Source: Shigella phage SSP1. From it: a stretch of 64,000 nucleotides of DNA. Made by a program: the position numbers and the translations under genes. Positions 58,310-64,000 of the stretch are shown piece by piece. The notes below the pieces were generated by a model, which was given only the letters and a program-made list of their open reading frames with translations, ran no database searches and was not told the origin of the DNA. Position 1 is the first letter of the stretch. Each line of letters starts with the position of its first letter. The DNA is taken from the sequence record KY963424. The stretch is one strand, 5' to 3'.

Positions 58310-58334
58310 AGGAGATCTTCGGGTCTCCTTTTTC
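58310..58334 (+). terminator. Rho-independent terminator after nrdA
   Basis: 8-bp stem AGGAGATC/GGTCTCCT (one G-U) with UUCG tetraloop, followed by TTTTC. Confidence 0.7.
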
Positions 58335-58347
58335 TTTGAAATTTTAC

Positions 58348-58376
58348 TTGCTAATCGCTACCAGATTTGCTATAAT
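58348..58376 (+). promoter_or_regulatory. sigma70 early promoter for nrdB-frd-thyA operon
   Basis: GAAATTTTACTTGCTA: TTGCTA - 17 bp - TATAAT. Confidence 0.65.
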
Positions 58377-58407
58377 ATTCCTGAAATAGTGAGAAAGAGG
58401 AAAATCA

Positions 58408-59553
58408 ATGACTACTTTACTAAACCTGAACTGGGATCATACTAACGCTGACCTTTTCCTGGGAGATTCTCTCGGTATCGCAGATTATGTACGTGTAGCA
58501 CATCCAGAACTAGAACGTCTGGCACTTCTGCAACGCTCTCAATTTTGGACTGAAACTGAAATCAGTCTGGAAGCAGATAAGAAACAATGGCCTAATCTCC
58601 CGCGTGAAATTCAGGAAATTACACTCCTGAACTTAGCATGGCAGACTCAAACAGATTCCTTTATCAGTCGTGCTCCTGAAGCAGCTATTATGCCGCTTGT
58701 AAGTCGTCCAGAATTGGAAGGTATGCTCAAGCAGTGGAGCTACTTCGAAGATCTACATAGTCGTGCTTATAGCAATATTATTCGTAATGTGCTAACTGAT
58801 CCAGCAGAATTTATTGATTCTGTAACCAAAAACCAAGAAGCATTCGCACGCATCGCTGATTCTGTTGAACTATTCGATGAACTGTACCAGTTAGGTCAGT
58901 ATTTCATCGCAGTACGCGATCATCGTGGCGACAATACATATCCAGAAACTGAGTTCCCTGAAGTTAAACGTGAAACTCAGGCTAAACTATTAGACGCTTA
59001 CTTTGCGATCTATGGTCTGGAAGCAATGCAGTTTTACGCATCCTTTGCATGTACCTTTGCATTAGCAGAGAACGATATTCTGCAAGGTATTGCTAAAAAT
59101 CTGCAATTAATCGCTAAAGATGAAGCTCTGCACACTCAGATGTCCAAAGCAATCATCCAGATTATGTTCCAGCAGTTTGACAAAGACCTGGTGGATGAAG
59201 CAGTGGCTAAAGCACCAGCACAGCTCCTGAAAACTCTGAAAACTGAAATTGAATGGGGTCACTTCATTTTCAAAGGTCGTAGTCTGATTGGCTTGAATGC
59301 AGAACTTCTAGAAGAATATCTGTACTTTGTGGGGCGTAATGCATTTATGCACATCGGTGTAGAATGGCCAAGTAACCTGCCGGTAATCACCAAGAACCCT
59401 ATTCCATGGATCATGAACTGGTTGGATACCACTTCTTTACAGCCTGCTCCACAAGAAATCCAGATTGGTGCAGCATATCGTGTAGGTCAGGTAACTGAGA
59501 CCTCTACTGATACTCTGAAAGATCTGGGCAATGAATTTGGAGATTTCTTATGA
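58408..59553 (+). CDS. nrdB: Ribonucleoside-diphosphate reductase beta subunit (class Ia)
   Basis: 381 aa; ferritin-like fold with di-iron ligand pattern (E ... H) and radical tyrosine region; immediately followed by frd with 4-nt overlap. Confidence 0.9.
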   Translation: MTTLLNLNWDHTNADLFLGDSLGIADYVRVAHPELERLALLQRSQFWTETEISLEADKKQWPNLPREIQEITLLNLAWQTQTDSFISRAPEAAIMPLVSRPELEGMLKQWSYFEDLHSRAYSNIIRNVLTDPAEFIDSVTKNQEAFARIADSVELFDELYQLGQYFIAVRDHRGDNTYPETEFPEVKRETQAKLLDAYFAIYGLEAMQFYASFACTFALAENDILQGIAKNLQLIAKDEALHTQMSKAIIQIMFQQFDKDLVDEAVAKAPAQLLKTLKTEIEWGHFIFKGRSLIGLNAELLEEYLYFVGRNAFMHIGVEWPSNLPVITKNPIPWIMNWLDTTSLQPAPQEIQIGAAYRVGQVTETSTDTLKDLGNEFGDFL

Positions 59554-60083
59554 TAACGGCATTATATGCAGTTGGGCCGAATGGGGAGTTCGGCCTCCGA
59601 GGTAAACTCCCCTGGGGTTCCTTCAAAGAAGAACTAGATGCTTTCTACTCTCAACTGGACGTGTTGAACCCAGATAACATCATCATTGGTGCGGGCACTT
59701 ATTTAGCACTTCCAGAAGTTGTTCGGCAACGTATGATTGGAGAATCTGACCTCTTTATTCGTGCGGATCGTCCTCTGCCTGATGATATTAAACATGGTAT
59801 TTACACTCCAATTTCTAAGATTGGGGATACATTACCTACGTTCTTAAAAGATCAACAGACAGTGGTTTTAGGTGGTGCAACATTACTGTACGAAATGTAT
59901 ATTCATGGACATATTGAAAGTGCTTTTGTATCAACAATCTTTAGTAATCAAAAACTAGAGGCAGATGTACATCTGGATAATATGATTCTAGATTACAACT
60001 ATGAATCTACTCGTTTAGTTTACGCAACTGGCGCAAACAGTGATAACAGCCTGCGATTTGTACAGGAATTGGTTACTTATTAA
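59550..60083 (+). CDS. frd: Dihydrofolate reductase
   Basis: 177 aa; N-terminal MITALYAVGPNGEFG ... LPW pattern typical of DHFR; sits between nrdB and thyA. Confidence 0.8.
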   Translation: MITALYAVGPNGEFGLRGKLPWGSFKEELDAFYSQLDVLNPDNIIIGAGTYLALPEVVRQRMIGESDLFIRADRPLPDDIKHGIYTPISKIGDTLPTFLKDQQTVVLGGATLLYEMYIHGHIESAFVSTIFSNQKLEADVHLDNMILDYNYESTRLVYATGANSDNSLRFVQELVTY

Positions 60084-60922
60084 TGCAACAATATTTAAAA
60101 ATTCTAACAGATGTAATTCTACTAGGTGAACCACGTAACGATCGTACAGGAACAGGCACAGTTTCAATTTTTGATTCCTATGCTAAGTTCGACCTACGTG
60201 AAGGATTCCCTGCCGTAACCACTAAACGTCTAGCTTGGAAATCGGTAGTTGGAGAACTCTTATGGTTTTTATCTGGATCTACAAATCTCCATGATCTGCG
60301 AGTATTCACATTTGGGCGTGACGAAGGACAGTGGACTATCTGGACTCCAAATTATGAAGACCAAGCCATAAGCATGGGTTATGACAGGGGTAATCTGGGG
60401 CCAGTATATGGTAAACAATGGCGCAACTTTGGTGGACGAGATCAGATCCTAGAACTCATTGAGGGTCTTAAGAATAATCCACATGGTCGTAGACACCTAG
60501 TATCTGCATGGAACGTTGCCGAACTAGATAAGATGGCACTACCACCATGTCACTATGGTTTCCAGTGTTACGTAAGTAATGATGGATACTTAGATCTTAA
60601 ATGGACACAACGTTCTGTAGACTGTTTTCTAGGTCTGCCTTTTAATATTGCTAGCTATGCTTTATTAACACATATCCTGGCAAAACTGACTGGATTAAAA
60701 CCTCGTTATCTCATCTTTAGTGGTGGAGATACACATATTTACAGTGATCATATAGAGCAAGTAGAGGAGCAAATGAAACGTAAACCACGTCCTTTGCCAA
60801 CTCTAGTAATGCCAGAGTTTGTAGATCTCTATGATTTATTAGAGAATAATACTGCGGCTTGGTCCTTCCAACTTGAAGGATATGATCCACATCCCGCTCT
60901 TAAAGCTAAAATGTCCTCTTAA
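60083..60922 (+). CDS. thyA: Thymidylate synthase
   Basis: 279 aa; catalytic LPPCHYGFQCYV motif and folate-binding residues. Confidence 0.9.
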   Translation: MQQYLKILTDVILLGEPRNDRTGTGTVSIFDSYAKFDLREGFPAVTTKRLAWKSVVGELLWFLSGSTNLHDLRVFTFGRDEGQWTIWTPNYEDQAISMGYDRGNLGPVYGKQWRNFGGRDQILELIEGLKNNPHGRRHLVSAWNVAELDKMALPPCHYGFQCYVSNDGYLDLKWTQRSVDCFLGLPFNIASYALLTHILAKLTGLKPRYLIFSGGDTHIYSDHIEQVEEQMKRKPRPLPTLVMPEFVDLYDLLENNTAAWSFQLEGYDPHPALKAKMSS

Positions 60923-60929
60923 CTTAAGT

Positions 60930-60944
60930 AGCCCTTCGGGGCTA
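60930..60944 (+). terminator. Short GC hairpin after thyA (weak terminator)
   Basis: AGCCC-TTCG-GGGCT hairpin followed by A/T-rich sequence without a clean U-tract. Confidence 0.3.
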
Positions 60945-60962
60945 TTATATTTGAAATTGTAC

Positions 60963-60992
60963 TTGCTTATTAAGTACAATTTCAAATATAAT
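60963..60992 (+). promoter_or_regulatory. sigma70 early promoter embedded in a 22-bp perfect inverted repeat
   Basis: TTGCTT - 18 bp - TATAAT; arms of the inverted repeat at 60943-60964 and 60972-60993. Confidence 0.6.
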
Positions 60993-61021
60993 ATACTCAA
61001 TAAGTACAAAAGGATAATAAA

Positions 61022-61405
61022 ATGAGTAAAGAAATTGAATTAGAACAAGCCCTTCTGAATTACTCCAATTACTTGCAGGGTGATAAAGAAACTATTACTA
61101 AGGAACAGGTATTATTAATACTAGACTCTATCACTTCTAAATTCAGGACTTTAGAAGACTACTACTCTGTAGGCAATGGAGATGAGAAGGTAGAGTTATG
61201 TCTAAATCTCCTAGAAGATATGGGTTGGGATGAGGAAGATCAAGTAGGGTATTTAGGTATATCTACAGAAATTCTAGAAAATACAGAGCATGAAAATATA
61301 CTTGAAGTAAAGAGCAGAAGTGCTATTCGATATAATACTTATGGTACAGGTATTACAGGAATAAAAGCATTACTTAGTATAGACATAGGATGGTTAGATG
61401 AGTAA
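61022..61405 (+). CDS. Hypothetical acidic protein
   Basis: 127-aa ORF downstream of the palindromic promoter. Confidence 0.45.
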   Translation: MSKEIELEQALLNYSNYLQGDKETITKEQVLLILDSITSKFRTLEDYYSVGNGDEKVELCLNLLEDMGWDEEDQVGYLGISTEILENTEHENILEVKSRSAIRYNTYGTGITGIKALLSIDIGWLDE

Positions 61406-61946
61406 AAAGTTACCTAGCCAAGAAAGATTAAAAGAAATACTAATCTATGATCCAGATACTGGTATATTTACTAATAAGGTAAGTCGTGGTAGGGGAGGAA
61501 AAGCAGGTTCGCCAGCTGGATACCTAAGAAAAGATGGCTATATAACTATTAAGATAGATAAAATAGATTATTTAGCGCATAGGTTAGCCTTTCTATACAT
61601 GACAGGATCAATACCTGATTTAATAGACCACAAAAATAGAATTAGGTCAGATAATAGGTGGATAAATCTAAGAGAAGCTACAAGCCAGTCTAATAACAGA
61701 AATTGTACCGCATCGAGTAAATCTGGATATCTAGGTGTACACTGGAACAAACAACTACAGAAATGGCAAGTACAGGTGATTGATAATAATGGTAAAAATA
61801 TTTACGGGGGTGTTTTTGATTACTTAGACCTAGAAAGTGCGGTCATAAAGGCTAATGAACTAAGAAAAACACTTCATGGTAGCGAAGCAGTTATAGAAGA
61901 TTTCTATACCAACTATTACCCACCAATAGAGGAACTTAATAAGTGA
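61398..61946 (+). CDS. HNH homing endonuclease with AP2-type DNA-binding domain
   Basis: 182 aa; HNH_3-type motif (HRLAFLYMTGSIPDLIDHKNRIRSDNRWINLREATSQSNNRN) followed by AP2-like segment (GYLGVHWNKQLQKWQVQVIDNNGKNIYGGVFDYLDLESA). Confidence 0.7.
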   Translation: MSKKLPSQERLKEILIYDPDTGIFTNKVSRGRGGKAGSPAGYLRKDGYITIKIDKIDYLAHRLAFLYMTGSIPDLIDHKNRIRSDNRWINLREATSQSNNRNCTASSKSGYLGVHWNKQLQKWQVQVIDNNGKNIYGGVFDYLDLESAVIKANELRKTLHGSEAVIEDFYTNYYPPIEELNK

Positions 61947-62419
61947 GCGTTTTCCACATTTACACAGATGGTGCTTGTAAGTCTAACCCAGGTCCAGGTG
62001 CTTGGGGTTTTATTGTTTATGATGATAACGACGATCGTTTAGGTTCTAAATCTGGTTATAATCCTAAAACTACAAATAATGAGATGGAACTCACAGCTAT
62101 TGTAGAAGCTTTACGTTGGTCTGTTAAAAAAGATAATAGACCAATTGCTATCTATACTGACTCTGCTTATTGCAAAAATGGCATGGAAAGTTGGATGTTT
62201 TCTTGGCAAAGGAAAGGCTGGAAGAAAGCAGATGGTGAAGTTCCTCTTAATCTAGAACTTTGGCAGGAAGCATTTAAATTAACACAGCAGTATATCAACT
62301 TTCATAATACTAATCCTACCTTTATTAAGGTTAAAGGACATTCTGGTATTAGTGGTAATGAAGCTGTAGATGCATTGTGTAATACTGTTATTACTGAAGC
62401 TGAAATGGCTGAGATGTAA
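61943..62419 (+). CDS. rnh: Ribonuclease H
   Basis: 158 aa; RNase HI pattern (IYTDGACKSNPGPGAWG ... NNEMELTA ... IYTDS ... KGHSG ... NE.VD.L). Confidence 0.85.
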   Translation: MSVFHIYTDGACKSNPGPGAWGFIVYDDNDDRLGSKSGYNPKTTNNEMELTAIVEALRWSVKKDNRPIAIYTDSAYCKNGMESWMFSWQRKGWKKADGEVPLNLELWQEAFKLTQQYINFHNTNPTFIKVKGHSGISGNEAVDALCNTVITEAEMAEM

Positions 62420-62439
62420 TAAATAAATTAAAAATTCAC

Positions 62440-62468
62440 TTGCTTAAAGCCCTCTAATTTAGTATAAT
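62440..62468 (+). promoter_or_regulatory. sigma70 early promoter
   Basis: AAATTAAAAATTCACTTGCTT: TTGCTT - 17 bp - TATAAT, then GAGGAGGG SD. Confidence 0.65.
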
Positions 62469-62495
62469 ATTCGTATTGAAAGTGAGGAGGGCTTT

Positions 62496-62780
62496 ATGCG
62501 GATTTATAACTCAAATTCATTAGGATTTAAGCCATTGAGAAAACGTGCACAATCACCTCGTCAAATAAGAAAGGCTAATATTGGTGAGCCAGAAACACGT
62601 CTTCCACCTCCTCCAGAGCAACGTTTAGTTTATCTGGACGAAGAGTTAGCTGAACGCGAAAGAAAAGCTCAAGAAGAGATTGAGCGTAAGAAAATGTGTA
62701 CTGCTCCAGCCTACTCCAAAGGGGCTTATCAGTATATCTATACAGCCGAGGAGGCTAAAGATGCGGGGCGTAAAAAATGA
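62496..62780 (+). CDS. Hypothetical protein
   Basis: 94-aa ORF with strong SD. Confidence 0.45.
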   Translation: MRIYNSNSLGFKPLRKRAQSPRQIRKANIGEPETRLPPPPEQRLVYLDEELAERERKAQEEIERKKMCTAPAYSKGAYQYIYTAEEAKDAGRKK

Positions 62781-63226
62781 AGATTACCGAATTTAAAGGT
62801 ACTTATAGTTTCTTATCTAACTTTTATTTATCACCAATTACTTTCGAATACCTAAACGAGATATGGCATGCTGATACTGTAGAACATGCTTTTCAGGCTA
62901 TGAAATCCGACCAAAAAGATGATGTAGCTCATGTACTGCGCTCCCTAAATGCAGGTGTTGCCAAACGTAGAGGACGTAAATTAACTCTGCGCTCTGACTG
63001 GGATAAGGTAAAAGATGATGTAATGCTAGAGCTTTTACGGTTAAAGTTTGCAATCCCTGATTTGAGAGACAAACTGTTAGCAACAAAAAATGCAACTTTG
63101 ATCGAAGGAAATACCTGGGGAGATACATATTGGGGTGTTTGCCGAGGAATCGGGGATAATACTTTAGGAGTTCTTTTGATGCAGGTAAGGTCTGAAATTA
63201 AAAGAAGCTTACAGTTAATAAATTAA
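62777..63226 (+). CDS. NADAR-domain (YbiA-like, DUF1768) protein
   Basis: 149 aa; YSFLSNFY ... VEHAFQAMK ... W ... NTWGDTYWG ... GDNTLGVLLMQVR matches the NADAR signature well. Confidence 0.7.
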   Translation: MKITEFKGTYSFLSNFYLSPITFEYLNEIWHADTVEHAFQAMKSDQKDDVAHVLRSLNAGVAKRRGRKLTLRSDWDKVKDDVMLELLRLKFAIPDLRDKLLATKNATLIEGNTWGDTYWGVCRGIGDNTLGVLLMQVRSEIKRSLQLIN

Positions 63227-63234
63227 AAATTCAT

Positions 63235-63263
63235 TTGCTAAACGCTTCAAATTCTCGTATAAT
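63235..63263 (+). promoter_or_regulatory. sigma70 early promoter
   Basis: AAATTAAAAATTCATTTGCTA: TTGCTA - 17 bp - TATAAT. Confidence 0.65.
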
Positions 63264-63301
63264 ATACTTCATAAATTGATAAACAAAAAGGAAAACAAAT
63301 A

Positions 63302-63817
63302 ATGGCTAAGCAGAAAAACGCAAAAACTCAAGCAGCTCCGGCAGTTAAAACTTTCCCGAAGACTGAGGCTAATCGCAAAGCTCGTCTGGAACGTCACCTG
63401 CGTAAGCATCCTACCGATGCTCAGGCTGCGCAAGCACTGAATAATCCGGCTCCGATTCGTCAGAAGCCTAAAGCTAAAAATGCCACCCGTAAATCCTACA
63501 AAATGGTTATGTATGTAGAAAATTACGGCCACAAATCTGTCCCAGTTTCCCTGAGCTTCAACGCCGGGGCTGAATTGTTCTCTCGTAATGGCATGGCTAT
63601 GAAAGACTATGAGAAAGCAGTTAACCAAAAACGTAAACCAACGGCAGACGTACTACGTGATGCTCGTGGACAGTTTGGTTCTGTTAAGCCAAATATCTTT
63701 GGCGTAGAGTATAGTAAAGATAACGTTCGCGCTCTGTGTTACGGCGTAGGTATTAAGTTCACGGGTGATTCTGCTCGTAAATCTGCTAAACCAGCTCGTA
63801 AGCGTAAAGCGAAGTAA
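63302..63817 (+). CDS. Hypothetical basic (Lys/Arg-rich) protein, probably highly expressed
   Basis: 171 aa; strong promoter; host-optimised codons (CTG, CGT, GGT, AAA); pI clearly basic. Confidence 0.5.
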   Translation: MAKQKNAKTQAAPAVKTFPKTEANRKARLERHLRKHPTDAQAAQALNNPAPIRQKPKAKNATRKSYKMVMYVENYGHKSVPVSLSFNAGAELFSRNGMAMKDYEKAVNQKRKPTADVLRDARGQFGSVKPNIFGVEYSKDNVRALCYGVGIKFTGDSARKSAKPARKRKAK

Positions 63818-63881
63818 TAGATAAATAGGGGCTTCTGCCCCTACAATCTACTAATTCTCTAACTAATCAAGGATATTTTTT

Positions 63882-64000
63882 ATGTTCTCTAAGAAACCAC
63901 GTTCCGTTACTGAAATCGTTGCTTCCTTTACCACTATCACTGATGAGCTTCAAGCCCGTATTGAAGCTGATCAAAAAATTGCTGCGGATATTCAGAAACA
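63882..64000 (+). CDS. Hypothetical protein, N-terminal part (3' end lies outside the window)
   Basis: ATG at 63882 after AAGGA; frame open to window end (MFSKKPRSVTEIVASFTTITDELQARIEADQKIAADIQK). Confidence 0.35.
   Translation, partial: MFSKKPRSVTEIVASFTTITDELQARIEADQKIAADIQK

Noticed and set aside
62446-62495. 9-bp inverted repeat AAAGCCCTC ... GAGGGCTTT spanning the -10 and SD of the 62496 gene
   Set aside because: The left arm lies upstream of the predicted transcription start, so it cannot form an mRNA hairpin from this promoter; the right arm is the SD (GGAGGG), so the complementarity may be incidental. Not excluded as a DNA-level operator.
1-64000. tRNA genes, rRNA genes, CRISPR arrays, integrase/transposase genes
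   Set aside because: No cloverleaf-compatible T-loop/acceptor pattern was seen in the few intergenic regions, no repeat-spacer arrays, and no tyrosine/serine recombinase or DDE transposase motifs in any ORF. T5-like phages carry a tRNA cluster, but it presumably lies outside this window. A tRNAscan-type search would settle this.

Overview
This window reads as a contiguous segment of a T5-like (Tequintavirus-type) virulent siphophage genome with three modules. (1) Bases 1-27315, + strand: the late morphogenesis module (terminase, portal, decoration protein, prohead protease, major capsid protein, head-tail joining proteins, tail tube, chaperones, 1226-aa tape measure, distal tail protein, baseplate hub, central fibre protein, collar protein, and two consecutive L-shaped tail fibre genes, each ending in an S74-type intramolecular chaperone domain). 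(2) Bases 27353-53982, - strand, convergent with module 1 and separated from it by a bidirectional terminator: the early replication/recombination module (dUTPase, flap endonuclease, SbcCD-like nuclease, family-A DNA polymerase, DnaG-like primase, DnaB-like helicase, split NAD-dependent ligase, PC4-like ssDNA-binding protein, SF2 helicases, anaerobic RNR NrdD), plus a SIR2-like/HAD-phosphatase cluster. (3) Bases 54176-64000, + strand: nucleotide metabolism (PhoH, NrdA, NrdB, DHFR, thymidylate synthase, RNase H), two HNH-AP2 homing endonucleases and a NADAR-domain protein. Early genes are served by a family of sigma70 promoters with a TTGCTT-type -35 and TATAAT -10. No tRNA, rRNA, CRISPR array, integrase or transposase was recognised. 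Product calls rest on motifs read from the translations and on gene order and size compared with phage T5 from memory; no database search was run. Coordinates of promoters and hairpins were counted by hand and may be off by 1-2 nt. The most interesting items are the SIR2-like/HAD cluster, the NADAR protein, a 22-bp perfect inverted repeat around one promoter, a conserved 21-nt motif after late-module terminators, and a possible +1 frameshift in the tail chaperone genes.
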